This document shows positions 8,147 to 17,540 of a stretch of DNA of 48,770 nt, piece by piece. The position numbers and the translations under genes were made by a program. The notes beneath the pieces were generated by a model. That model was not told where the DNA came from, ran no database searches, and saw nothing but the letters and a program-made list of their open reading frames with translations. The stretch is from the NCBI GenBank assembly GCA_001781105.1, contig MFKV01000002.1:1-48770 (forward strand), read 5' to 3'. The number at the start of each line of letters is the position of its first letter. Position 1 is the first letter of the stretch. This DNA is from Candidatus Kaiserbacteria bacterium RIFCSPHIGHO2_01_FULL_54_36 (lineage in GTDB: Bacteria > Patescibacteriota > Minisyncoccia > Phycocordibacterales > UBA2100).

Positions 8147-8986
8147 CTACGCGGCCTTAAGCTTCAATGTCGTCTTTTTTCTCTGATTGTCAAGAAATTC
8201 CTGCTGGCGAGAAAAGTTGATCTCCGCGATCTCCGGCTTCTCATTGAGAAGCTCCATGATATTTTTGAGCGGCACCGTATTCTTCTGTATATCAAGCTCT
8301 TCGAAAACCCGCTTGAAAAATTCATAATCTTCCGGATAATCGAGGGTGAGGCGCACATGGTCATTCCAATAGATCGGGTCGGCAACTTTGAAGTCCGCGA
8401 CCCTGAATAGCCCTGTGTCGGTGAAATACACCCACATCATTTCCGTGTTCTGCGTATCCTTGATCTCACAGACTTTTTGTAGTGCGGTCGTCTTGATGCC
8501 GAACTCTGACCCTCCGCACACTACTCCCTTGGGAATATTGAGAAAATCGGGCTCTTCCGCTTTGATCTGCTCGATCTCCTGTTCTATGAGCTCAGGCCCG
8601 AAAAAAGGATCGTCGCCGTCGAGCGTGATGATGTAATCCGCGCCGAATTTCTCGGCCGCCCCGCGCCATCTATCGAGTTTGTCTTCGAGACTTCCACGAA
8701 AACACAGTACGCCTTCTTTGAGCGCGATCTCCTCAAGCACATCATCCTGCGCTCGATCGCTCGTACATACGACGATGCCGTCCAATCCGCGGATCGACTT
8801 TGCCCTGTCGATGATATGCTCGATCACTTTCCTTCCTCGTATCGGAAGCAGCGCCTTCTGCGGCAATCGGCTGGAATCGGTTCGCACCGTGATGAATCCA
8901 AAAAACTTCACCCCGTGAGAGAACGAGTCCGATTTCTCGTCGGCATCTTTATCACGCATGAAATAAAACGAGTTCTGGGAGTACAT
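8147..8986 (-). CDS. Cytidylyltransferase (CMP-nonulosonate/CMP-Kdo synthetase, SpsF-like); true start may be 8959
   Basis: Motifs ITVRTDSSRLPQKAL, FRGSLED, DGDDP, RLTLDYPEDY. Confidence 0.88.
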   Translation of the reverse strand: MYSQNSFYFMRDKDADEKSDSFSHGVKFFGFITVRTDSSRLPQKALLPIRGRKVIEHIIDRAKSIRGLDGIVVCTSDRAQDDVLEEIALKEGVLCFRGSLEDKLDRWRGAAEKFGADYIITLDGDDPFFGPELIEQEIEQIKAEEPDFLNIPKGVVCGGSEFGIKTTALQKVCEIKDTQNTEMMWVYFTDTGLFRVADFKVADPIYWNDHVRLTLDYPEDYEFFKRVFEELDIQKNTVPLKNIMELLNEKPEIAEINFSRQQEFLDNQRKKTTLKLKAA

Positions 8987-9036
8987 GATGGATTTCTCTC
9001 ATGGGGTTCATGGTGGCAGTATCCCATACTAGCCGC

Positions 9037-9042
9037 TATAAT
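9037..9042 (+). promoter_or_regulatory. -10 box (TATAAT) 9 nt upstream of ATG 9052, in the divergent promoter region
   Basis: GCTATAATGCATTTTGCATG, with no Shine-Dalgarno between the box and the start codon. Confidence 0.6.
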
Positions 9043-9051
9043 GCATTTTGC

Positions 9052-9753
9052 ATGAAGATAGCCGTCATTGGATCAGGGGGCTACGTTGGCAGCGCGCTGT
9101 GCAAAGCGCTCACGCGCAGAGGATATTCCGTAACCACTGTCACGAGAGCGAATTACTCGGAAGCGAAGAGTGGGGATTTTGACATTGTCGTAAACTGCGC
9201 GATGCCCTCGGGCAAATTCTGGGCGAAGAATAATCCAAAAAAAGATTACGAAGAGACCGTGGAGAAGACCGCGCGGCTTCTCAAGGAATGGAGATTCAAG
9301 AAATTCGTCCAGATAAGCACGCTCTCTGCGCGTACGAAATCGGATACCGTGTACGGCGCTCATAAGGCGCAGGCGGAGCGACTGTGCAACCCCAATGAGC
9401 ATCTCATAGTCCGCCTCGGAGCCCTGTACAGTACGAGCATGAAAAAAGGGGTATTGCTCGACATGTTGCAGGGAAAGAAAGTGTACGTGGACGGCAAGAG
9501 CCGATATTCGTTTGTGCCGCTCGATTTTTGCGCAGAGTGGGTCGCAGCGCATCTGGAGCGAAACGGGGTCGTGGAGGTAGGCGGGAAAAACGCGATCGCG
9601 CTCGTTGACGTAGCAGCGCATATCGGAGCGCACGTGGAATTCGAGGGAGAGCTCGACCATCAGGACCTCGTATCGCCGGAGAGCGATTTTCCGGAAGCGA
9701 AAGATGTGCTAGCATTCCTCGATTCGATGCGAGCTTCTCAAACATCTCTATGA
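9052..9753 (+). CDS. NAD-dependent epimerase/reductase (extended SDR, RmlD/Rmd-like)
   Basis: MKIAVIGSGGYVG Rossmann motif, FVQIST, YGAHK (YxxxK). Start moved to 9052. Confidence 0.8.
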   Translation: MKIAVIGSGGYVGSALCKALTRRGYSVTTVTRANYSEAKSGDFDIVVNCAMPSGKFWAKNNPKKDYEETVEKTARLLKEWRFKKFVQISTLSARTKSDTVYGAHKAQAERLCNPNEHLIVRLGALYSTSMKKGVLLDMLQGKKVYVDGKSRYSFVPLDFCAEWVAAHLERNGVVEVGGKNAIALVDVAAHIGAHVEFEGELDHQDLVSPESDFPEAKDVLAFLDSMRASQTSL

Positions 9754-10460
9754 ATGTCGCCCTGATCGCCCCAACTGTTAATGAGGTGGAGGGCCTGCGC
9801 GCGGTCTTTCCCAAACTTCCAAAAGACTTGCTCAACGAAATAGTGGTCGTCGACCTGAATTCGACCGATGGGACGATAGAGTACTGCAAGAAAGAGGGCT
9901 ACCGCGTGCATCACCAAGTGAGCCGCGGGTATGGGGCCGGCATCATGGAAGGTCTCGCGCACACGAGCGCGGATATCATCGTTGAGTTCCCGCCCGATGG
10001 CAGCTCGCCGCCAGAGAGGATAGGCGACTTGGTCGCGAAAGTGCGTGAGGGCTACGATCTCGTCATTGCCTCACGGTATCGCGATGGCGCAAAAAGCTAC
10101 GACGACGACTTCGTTACCCGTTTCGGTAATTGGCTTTTTACCGCCATCATCAATATTCTGTTCCGCGCGCACTACACCGATACACTGGTCGGATTCCGCG
10201 CGTACCGCCGCTCTGCGCACAATAAGCTCGGGCTTTCTACGCGTGGCCTCTCGTGGACTGCCCAGCAGTCGATCCAGTTTGCGAAAGCTGGTCTTACAGT
10301 CACGGAAGTTGGAGTTGATGAACCCGCCCGTATCGGTGGAGTACGGAAAATGCGCCCCCTCAAGACTGGACTCGAGATACTGTGGGTCATCGTACGGGAA
10401 TTCGTCGCCGGAAGGAAATTCGCGAACGTATTTCCGGTACAGAGTGCTTCGGAAAGATAA
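9750..10460 (+). CDS. GT2 glycosyltransferase (polyprenol-phosphate sugar synthase-like)
   Basis: Motifs IAPTVNE, VVDLNSTDGT, RGYGAG, PPDGS, DLVIASRY, YTDTLVGFRAY. Confidence 0.88.
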   Translation: MNVALIAPTVNEVEGLRAVFPKLPKDLLNEIVVVDLNSTDGTIEYCKKEGYRVHHQVSRGYGAGIMEGLAHTSADIIVEFPPDGSSPPERIGDLVAKVREGYDLVIASRYRDGAKSYDDDFVTRFGNWLFTAIINILFRAHYTDTLVGFRAYRRSAHNKLGLSTRGLSWTAQQSIQFAKAGLTVTEVGVDEPARIGGVRKMRPLKTGLEILWVIVREFVAGRKFANVFPVQSASER

Positions 10461-10480
10461 TGTGTTAGAATCTTCGAACC

Positions 10481-11452
10481 ATGAAAAAGAAGGCCATTAT
10501 TAGCGGCGTTACGGGTCAGGACGGCTCGTACATGGCCGAGCTTCTCCTCTCCAAGGGCTATGAGTTGCACGGGCTCATGCGCCGGCTTTCTTCCTTCGCC
10601 TCGGGGAGAATTGACCACCTTTTCTCAAATCCCCACTTCCATACGTACCACGCGGATCTTACCGACAGTCCTTCCTTGTCGGGAATAATTTCCAAAGTAA
10701 AGCCGGATGAATTCTATAATCTCGGTGCAATGTCTCACGTAAAGGTATCGTTCGAGGTGCCACAATATACGCTCGAGACAAATACGGTCGGCGTCCTTAA
10801 CGTCCTCGAGATCCTCCGCACGCTTTCTCCCAAGACCAAATTTTACCAAGCGTCCTCCTCCGAGATGTTCGGAGTGCCCGGCGTTCCACCACCGTTTAAT
10901 GAGACCACGCCGATGAATCCGCAAAGCCCCTACGGCGTGGCGAAGCTCGCCGCATTCCACCTTACCAAGCAGTATCGCGACGGATACGGTATGTTCGCGA
11001 CGACGGGCATACTGTTCAACCACGAAAGCCCGCGGCGTGGCGGCACGTTCGTGACCAAAAAGGTGAGCCAGGCCGTTGCGCGGATAAAGCACGGGATGCA
11101 AGACTCACTCGTGCTGGGTAATCTCGACGCCAAGCGCGACTGGGGCTGGTCGCCGGAATTCGTCGAGGCAATCCACCTCATCATGCAGCAGAAGAAACCG
11201 GACGTGTACGTCGTCGCGACCGGCGAGACGCATACGATCAAAGAGTTCGTCGAGGAAGCGTTCGCGCATGTGGGCCTCGATTGGAAGAAGTACGTAAAAA
11301 CCGACAAGCGATACATACGGCCCAACGAAGTCCCCCTCCTCCTCGGTGACGCCTCAAAAATAAAGAAAATTGGGTGGAAGCCGAAAATGAAATTCAAAGA
11401 TATCGTTCATGCGATGATTGATTACGATATGGCGCATCCTCATGATAACTGA
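10481..11452 (+). CDS. gmd: GDP-mannose 4,6-dehydratase (copy 2)
   Basis: Motifs IISGVTGQDGSY, YNLGAMSHV, YQASSSEMFG, SPYGVAK, GILFNHESPRRG, KRDWG. Confidence 0.95.
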   Translation: MKKKAIISGVTGQDGSYMAELLLSKGYELHGLMRRLSSFASGRIDHLFSNPHFHTYHADLTDSPSLSGIISKVKPDEFYNLGAMSHVKVSFEVPQYTLETNTVGVLNVLEILRTLSPKTKFYQASSSEMFGVPGVPPPFNETTPMNPQSPYGVAKLAAFHLTKQYRDGYGMFATTGILFNHESPRRGGTFVTKKVSQAVARIKHGMQDSLVLGNLDAKRDWGWSPEFVEAIHLIMQQKKPDVYVVATGETHTIKEFVEEAFAHVGLDWKKYVKTDKRYIRPNEVPLLLGDASKIKKIGWKPKMKFKDIVHAMIDYDMAHPHDN

Positions 11453-11840
11453 GATACGGGGGAAGAACGGATCAAAGAAACTCTTCGCGCTGCTGTTGGA
11501 CGTTTCGGATATAGGCGAAGGAACCTATCCCGTCACCGCTCCTTCGTGGCCACTGCAGCTCTTGCTGATGAAGCGAAAGAGCGGGCATGTCGTCCGAAAG
11601 CACATGCACAAAAAACTCCGCAAATCGTCATCAGGGCCCATGGAAGCTATCGTCGTCGTTCGCGGCGAGATACAGGCAAACATTTACGACCGCAAAGGGG
11701 CTCCGGTCTCGGAGCTATCCGTTTCTGCTGGCCAATGCCTTCTTATTATTGACGGCGCTCACGAGGTGAGGGTAAGAAAAGATGCTCTCATGTACGCTTT
11801 CAAAGATGGACCCTACAAAGAAGACAAAATAATCTTATGA
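11442..11840 (+). CDS. Cupin-fold sugar-modifying protein (WbuC-like)
   Basis: H-x-H...E (KHMH...MEAIVVVRG) and GAHEV cupin motifs, ending in KDGPY. Overlaps both neighbours. Confidence 0.7.
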   Translation: MITEIRGKNGSKKLFALLLDVSDIGEGTYPVTAPSWPLQLLLMKRKSGHVVRKHMHKKLRKSSSGPMEAIVVVRGEIQANIYDRKGAPVSELSVSAGQCLLIIDGAHEVRVRKDALMYAFKDGPYKEDKIIL

Positions 11841-13045
11841 ACGTAACGCAATGCCATTTGTGCGCGTCGAAGAGCCTCGTTGAGGTGCTGAGCTTAGGCT
11901 TTCACCCGCTTGCGGACTTCTTTCTAAAAGAGCATCAGCTCTCCGAGATGGAACGCCGCTATCCGCTTTCGCTGCTTCAGTGCCAGGATTGCGGCCACGG
12001 AATGAACAGCTATATCGTCCCTGCTGAGGTACGCTACCAAGAGAATGACTATAGCTATGACTCATCGAATTCGAGGGTCTCCATCCAGCATTTTTCAGAT
12101 ATGGCCAAAGAGATATGGAAGCGGGCGAAATTGAAGAAGGGCGACCTTGTCGTTGATATAGGCAGCAACGTCGGGACACTGCTTAGTGCATTCCAGAAAT
12201 TAGGCGCACAGATCCAAGGCGTAGACCCTGCGCCCAACATTGCAAAACTCGCAGAGAAAAACGGAATTCTCACCATCAACGACTTTTTCAATGCGTCGGC
12301 ATGCAAAAAGATACTAAAGAAAGCAAGGCCGAAAGTGATCACCATGACCAATGCATTCAACCACGTTTCAAATCTCAACGAATTCATGCACGATGTCGTG
12401 TCGATCATGGACAAAAACAGTACCTTTGTCATCGAACTTCCCTACTTCCTCGAAATACTCCGCAAAAAACATTTCGATGTCGTGTACTTGGAACACGTCT
12501 CATACATAGGGGTCATGCCGCTCGTCCCCTATTTCAAAAAATTCGGGCTCACGATCGAGCACGTGGAAGAAAATGACTACATGAGCGGCTCCCTGCGGAT
12601 TTTTGTGGGCTTCGGTAAAGAAGGCCCGTCGGTCGCGAAGCACATCGCGCTCGAGGAAAAAGCCGGGCTCTATGACAAGAAGGTATGGAAGAAATTCGCA
12701 GAAAGCGTCCGCGGTTGCAAGATGAACATATTGAAGGAATTGGTAAGCGCTCGCGAGCGCGGCGGCAAAATAGTCGCTATCGGCGCGGCGGCAAAAGGAA
12801 ACACGCTGCTCAATTACTGTGGAATCGATAGCGCCCTCATTGATTTTGCAACCGATGCATCGCCCTTGAAGATCGGTAAATACACTCCAGGCTCGCACTT
12901 GCCCATCCTCGCCGACGACGCTATAGATGAGAGCGTCACTGACGCCCTCATTCTCGCATGGAACATTGCCGGTCTGCTCAAGAAGAAGATCGGCTCGCGG
13001 CACCCCACACTTCACTTTATTACCCCGCATGTGGTAGGCTCTTAA
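11837..13045 (+). CDS. NDP-hexose C-methyltransferase (Zn-finger + class I SAM MTase)
   Basis: CHLC...CQDC zinc motif, VDIGSNVG, YLEHVSY, GAAAKGNTLLNYCG, KIGKYTPG, LILAWN. Confidence 0.9.
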   Translation: MNVTQCHLCASKSLVEVLSLGFHPLADFFLKEHQLSEMERRYPLSLLQCQDCGHGMNSYIVPAEVRYQENDYSYDSSNSRVSIQHFSDMAKEIWKRAKLKKGDLVVDIGSNVGTLLSAFQKLGAQIQGVDPAPNIAKLAEKNGILTINDFFNASACKKILKKARPKVITMTNAFNHVSNLNEFMHDVVSIMDKNSTFVIELPYFLEILRKKHFDVVYLEHVSYIGVMPLVPYFKKFGLTIEHVEENDYMSGSLRIFVGFGKEGPSVAKHIALEEKAGLYDKKVWKKFAESVRGCKMNILKELVSARERGGKIVAIGAAAKGNTLLNYCGIDSALIDFATDASPLKIGKYTPGSHLPILADDAIDESVTDALILAWNIAGLLKKKIGSRHPTLHFITPHVVGS

Positions 13046-13048
13046 ATT

Positions 13049-13465
13049 ATGAGGCGGCAAAAGAGGAAAGTCGACTTCAAAGACAAGCGAGGGACCATCA
13101 TGGACATCTTCGTGGGTGAGCCGTACGAGCATTGCGTTATCGTGTATTCCAACAAAGGCTCGGTCCGCGGGAACCACTTTCATAAGAAGTCACAGCAGAC
13201 AGATTTTATGCTCTCCGGCAGCATGCTGGCGTATACCAGGAAAAAAGGAAGCAAAAAAATAGAGAAATTTGTTGTGCGTCAGAATGACGTCACGCATTGG
13301 GACAAGGGGGAGGCGCACGAATTCATCGCGCTGGAGCAGTGCGCATTCCTGAGCTTCGTCAACGGCCCGCGCGGAGGCGACAATTATGAGAACGACACCT
13401 TCCGCCTCAAGATACCGCTCCACGAACAAGCAAAGAAAAAGATAACCGATTGGACTGTGCAATAG
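13049..13465 (+). CDS. Cupin-domain sugar isomerase/epimerase (FdtA/WxcM/RmlC-like)
   Basis: Motifs DKRGTI, GSVRGNHFHK, EAHEF, GPRGG. Confidence 0.8.
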   Translation: MRRQKRKVDFKDKRGTIMDIFVGEPYEHCVIVYSNKGSVRGNHFHKKSQQTDFMLSGSMLAYTRKKGSKKIEKFVVRQNDVTHWDKGEAHEFIALEQCAFLSFVNGPRGGDNYENDTFRLKIPLHEQAKKKITDWTVQ

Positions 13466-13470
13466 AACTC

Positions 13471-14730
13471 ATGTTGACGCGAATCAAGCTCAGAGTGCTC
13501 GATCTTCTGCGATGGAGCGAAGCGTACACGAGGACAGATATGGTGTACGCAACGCAGGGGGGGTTTTGGCTCTCGCTCGCGAAGGTGGTAGGACTCATAT
13601 CATCGCTCCTCTTTGCCGTCGCGATGGCGAACCTCGTTCCCCCCGAGGTATTCGGGACCTATAAATTCGTGATCTCGGGGGCTGCGATCATCGGCGCTTT
13701 TTCTCTGGGCGGCGTGGGGACTGCTATCATACAAGCTGTTGCTCGAGGATACGAGGGGGCCTTGCATCAAGGCACGAAGGCATACTTGAGGTGGAGCTTT
13801 GGTATCATCGCCATCGCGATCGCGATCGCGATCTACTATTTTCTCAACGGGAATGAGGTGCTCGCCATATCGTTCCTCATCGCAGGCGCGTGCAATCCTC
13901 TCATTATTGGATTTTCTTTCTTCGGCCAGTTCATCTCGGGGAAAAAAGATTTCAGGACATTTTCAATATTTGACACTCTGCGAAATGTGGCACCCGCATT
14001 TGTACTCATCGCGACGGTCTTTTTCACCAGTGATCCGGTGCTGATCATTTTGGTGTTCTTTGTTTCGTGTACCGTCACAAATATCCTGCTCTACTACTCG
14101 ACCGTGCAAAAATACCAGCCCAACGAGCTCGTCGACCCGCAAAGCATTCCCTACGCCAAGCATCTGAGCCTCATGGGAATAATGGTCAAAGTCGCAGAAA
14201 ATATCGACAAAGTGCTCGTCTTCCATTATCTCGGCGCCTCCCAGCTCGCCATATATGCCTTCGCACAGACACCGATCGGAAATCTCAAACTGCTCAACGA
14301 CATACCTGCACGGCTTGCGCTGCCGAAGTTAAGCGAGCGAAGCTTCCCAGAATTGAAACGATCCCTTCCGAGAAAGATCCTTCTTCTCGCAGGCATCATG
14401 GCCGTTATTGTCGTCCTCTATATTGCCTTCGCGCCGCTTATATTCCAGCTCTTGTTCCCCGCATATCTCGATTCTGTCATCTATACGCAGGTCTTGGCTC
14501 TGTCGCTCTTGTTCGCGCCGGGTACCATGTTTGGCGAGGCATTGACTGCACACATGAAAAGAAGGGAGCTGTACCTCTCGCAAGCCGTCCTGCCTATCAT
14601 CAAGATCGCACTGTTTCTTATTCTCTTGCCGTTGTTTGGCCTCTGGGGCGCTATCGGGGCGATCATTGCTTCGCAATTCTTGACGTTTGTACTCTATGCC
14701 TTTCAGTTCTGGCGGGTACGGCCAATCTGA
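13471..14730 (+). CDS. wzx: Wzx-type oligosaccharide flippase
   Basis: Multi-pass membrane protein. Motifs ANLVPPEVFGTY, NIDKVLVFHYLGASQLAIYAFA, FGLWGA. Confidence 0.85.
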   Translation: MLTRIKLRVLDLLRWSEAYTRTDMVYATQGGFWLSLAKVVGLISSLLFAVAMANLVPPEVFGTYKFVISGAAIIGAFSLGGVGTAIIQAVARGYEGALHQGTKAYLRWSFGIIAIAIAIAIYYFLNGNEVLAISFLIAGACNPLIIGFSFFGQFISGKKDFRTFSIFDTLRNVAPAFVLIATVFFTSDPVLIILVFFVSCTVTNILLYYSTVQKYQPNELVDPQSIPYAKHLSLMGIMVKVAENIDKVLVFHYLGASQLAIYAFAQTPIGNLKLLNDIPARLALPKLSERSFPELKRSLPRKILLLAGIMAVIVVLYIAFAPLIFQLLFPAYLDSVIYTQVLALSLLFAPGTMFGEALTAHMKRRELYLSQAVLPIIKIALFLILLPLFGLWGAIGAIIASQFLTFVLYAFQFWRVRPI

Positions 14731-14731
14731 T

Positions 14732-16618
14732 ATGCGCGCGCTCTACAGATCGCTTTCCTCCTCACATCCGACGCAGATGCGCATAGTGCGTTTTCTCATC
14801 TCCGGTAGCTCGGCGGCCGGCATTAATCTAGGCACGTTGTTCGTACTGACCCACTTCTTTGACGTGTGGTACCTGTTGTCGTCGGTGGTCGCGTTTTCCG
14901 TCTCCTTCTTCGTCAGCTTCACGTTGCAGAAATTCTGGACCTTCAACGATGCGTCCTTGCATCGCGTGCGCTCCCAAGCCTTTGTGTATCTAATGATAGC
15001 GCTCGCCGACTTGGGGCTGAACACGCTCCTGCTCTTCGTGCTGGTGGAGTACGCACACGTACACTATATGGCAGCACAGCTCTTATGCATGGGACTCATC
15101 GCAATCATAAACTTCTTCAGCTATAAGCGTTTCGTATTCCGAGCTCTCAAGAATGATGCGCCTCTTTCCGCAACCCAAACACGGACACGCATGTCTCCTC
15201 CTCACATATTCTTTCTGGTCGTGGCCTTCGTCCTCTTTGCGTCCCTTGCCTCATATCGACTTTCCGAAAACCCGCCAACATGGATAGACGAAGGGACCAT
15301 TACGCAAACGTCGATCAATCTCGCAGCGCACGGGATTTATGGCATGCAGACCGCGCCGGGGCACTTTATCACTACGGCCGGCTTTATCACTACGAGTTTC
15401 CCCGTCACGTACCCGATCGCCCTTTCATTTTCCCTTTTTGGTACCACGCTCTTGAATGCGCGCGGGACAATGGTCCTTTTTATGACTCTCTTGTGTGCAC
15501 TGTCATATTTCCTGATCCGGAGTCTTGCCGGAGAACGAAAGGGGTCAATATCCCTTTTCTCCCTATTCTTGTTGGTAACATTTGCCCCGCTCTACGGGCA
15601 TGGAAAAAACGTCCTCGGCGAAGTACCGGGACTAATGTATTTCGTCGCCTCTCTCGTCTTTCTCCAATGGGCTGAAAAAAAATCTTACTTGTCGCTGTGG
15701 GTTTTCTCCGGCGTGTTCGCGGGGTTGGCAATGACTACGAAACCAAGCTACCTCATTTTCATTGCGCCGTCTCTACTCGTTGTTGCATACCTGCGTCGCA
15801 AACAACTCTCATGGAGAAGTGTGCTCACCTTTTGCGCGGGGGCCGGCTGCGTTCTCCTGTGGTGGTTTTTTGTGCATGTCACAAGCATTGCTGCGCTGAA
15901 AGAGATCTTTCTCGTGACCAACCCGAACGACCACGCGCTTTCGGCTCGCCTCATCAACAACAGCGCGCGATTTATTTCCGAGCTCCAACCGCTCTATTTC
16001 TTAGGTCTCCTTTCGCTCTGGTGGGGATCTTTGCTGTTCCGGACATGGCGCAAAGTCGAGATCCCGACCGTGGAGCTCTTTGCCGGCATATTTTCTGCGG
16101 TTAGTCTTCTTCTCTACCTTCCAAGCGGCGGATTTTATCGCTACTTTTTTCCTGCAGAAGCGCTCGCGCTCGTCTTCTTACCGCTCGCGCTCTACCGCAC
16201 ACCTCTTGCCGAGAGGTATCGCTCTTTTTTCCTGAAAGCTGCTACCGTATTCCTCCTCCTGCTTATCCTTTTTCAGGGATACCAGACGCTTTTTCACTCA
16301 TGGGTATCCGAGCATCAGGAAAATACCCGCTCGGCGCTTCTTTCCCTGCATTTGCGCGATATCGGGGACGATAAAAAGATCTTTTTATACAATGTCCCCG
16401 AAGCGGTGATTTTCCTCAATTCTCACAACTATTATCAGTACCTGCAGTACGGCGAGGTTGTCACGCACGGGGCAGAAAATCTGGCCTTCCTCTTCCGCGG
16501 CGAGCCCGATTACGTCTTGGTGGATACGGAGTTCCCCGACACGGAAAGGGTCTCGGCCTTTTATAGCGAGCGTTCGCGCTTTGATAAATACGTGCTGTAC
16601 GAAAAAACGCGCAAGTAG
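14732..16618 (+). CDS. GtrA-like domain fused to a GT-C (PMT/ArnT-like) glycosyltransferase
   Basis: N-terminal RFLISG...VSFTLQKFWTF (GtrA), then WIDE, LGEVPG and LAMTTKP within a polytopic membrane domain. Confidence 0.85.
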   Translation: MRALYRSLSSSHPTQMRIVRFLISGSSAAGINLGTLFVLTHFFDVWYLLSSVVAFSVSFFVSFTLQKFWTFNDASLHRVRSQAFVYLMIALADLGLNTLLLFVLVEYAHVHYMAAQLLCMGLIAIINFFSYKRFVFRALKNDAPLSATQTRTRMSPPHIFFLVVAFVLFASLASYRLSENPPTWIDEGTITQTSINLAAHGIYGMQTAPGHFITTAGFITTSFPVTYPIALSFSLFGTTLLNARGTMVLFMTLLCALSYFLIRSLAGERKGSISLFSLFLLVTFAPLYGHGKNVLGEVPGLMYFVASLVFLQWAEKKSYLSLWVFSGVFAGLAMTTKPSYLIFIAPSLLVVAYLRRKQLSWRSVLTFCAGAGCVLLWWFFVHVTSIAALKEIFLVTNPNDHALSARLINNSARFISELQPLYFLGLLSLWWGSLLFRTWRKVEIPTVELFAGIFSAVSLLLYLPSGGFYRYFFPAEALALVFLPLALYRTPLAERYRSFFLKAATVFLLLLILFQGYQTLFHSWVSEHQENTRSALLSLHLRDIGDDKKIFLYNVPEAVIFLNSHNYYQYLQYGEVVTHGAENLAFLFRGEPDYVLVDTEFPDTERVSAFYSERSRFDKYVLYEKTRK

Positions 16619-16635
16619 CAAGCCGGATCGCCCTC

Positions 16636-17535
16636 TTAGAGTCCCCAATCAAACTTGTGAGCGTAGTCTTCGACGGCGTCATGCCAATCACGAGTGAGAT
16701 TGAGGCCGAGATCATGCAGATGCCTGTTGACCATCTTTTCGGAACGAGGCCGCGGGGCGAAATAGGTGGATTTAAAATAGTCGGACCCGACTTCGGTTAC
16801 GGTAACGTCTTTACGCCCGAGCGATTCCATCAAAAATCGCGCAATCTCCGCGCGACTGCCCCCTCCTTCACAGACGCCGTGGAACACTCCGTATTGCTCC
16901 TGATCCAAGAGCGTATAGAGAATGTTGGCGAGGTCGTAGGTATAACACGGTGTCCCTAGTTTGTCGTCGACGACAAAAAGTTCTTTGGCGCCGCTCCTGA
17001 CCTGCTTGATAATTTTGTTGATGAACTTCTTGTCTTTTATCGGACCGCCACCCATCATCCAACCTGCGCGCGCAACAACATGCTTGGGATACTTTTTGAC
17101 ATTGATTTCACCTCCGTATTTCGTCTTGCCGTAGACACTTAGCGGATGTGGCTCGTCGTCTTCGTCGTAGACGTCTTTTTTTCCGTCAAAGATACCTGCC
17201 GTGCAGATGTATACAAACGGTGTACCGTGCGTTTCGACGTAGGGGGCGAAATATGCGACCGAATCGGCGTTGGTGGCTTCCGCGTCATCGGGATGCGTCT
17301 CGCAGTATTCCATGTCGGTCAGCGCCGCCAAGTGCACGATGTAGTCTGGCCGGATCTCTTCGAGGTATTGTTCCACCTGCGCCTTGTCACGAACGTCGAG
17401 ATGGGTAAGCCACGCTTCGTTGAGGTCAATGTCAGTCGCAAACACGTTTGCATTACCTGTAAATCGTTTGTACACACCCTCGCCGAGCATGCCGCCGCAA
17501 CCTGTGATCAAGACAGTGTCAGTCTTCCGTATCAT
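16636..17535 (-). CDS. rmlD: dTDP-4-dehydrorhamnose reductase
   Basis: Motifs LITGCGGMLG, HLAALTD, PLSVYGKTK, VVDDKLGTP, APRP. Confidence 0.88.
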   Translation of the reverse strand: MIRKTDTVLITGCGGMLGEGVYKRFTGNANVFATDIDLNEAWLTHLDVRDKAQVEQYLEEIRPDYIVHLAALTDMEYCETHPDDAEATNADSVAYFAPYVETHGTPFVYICTAGIFDGKKDVYDEDDEPHPLSVYGKTKYGGEINVKKYPKHVVARAGWMMGGGPIKDKKFINKIIKQVRSGAKELFVVDDKLGTPCYTYDLANILYTLLDQEQYGVFHGVCEGGGSRAEIARFLMESLGRKDVTVTEVGSDYFKSTYFAPRPRSEKMVNRHLHDLGLNLTRDWHDAVEDYAHKFDWGL

Positions 17536-17540
17536 CCGGA

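Noticed and set aside
13557-13563. G7 tract in wzx as a phase-variation site
   Set aside because: Short, and the frame is intact (Q-G-G). No evidence of length variation from a single sequence.
13812-13833. (ATCGCG)n microrepeat
   Set aside because: It encodes IAIAIAI in a TM helix, so codon repetition explains it.
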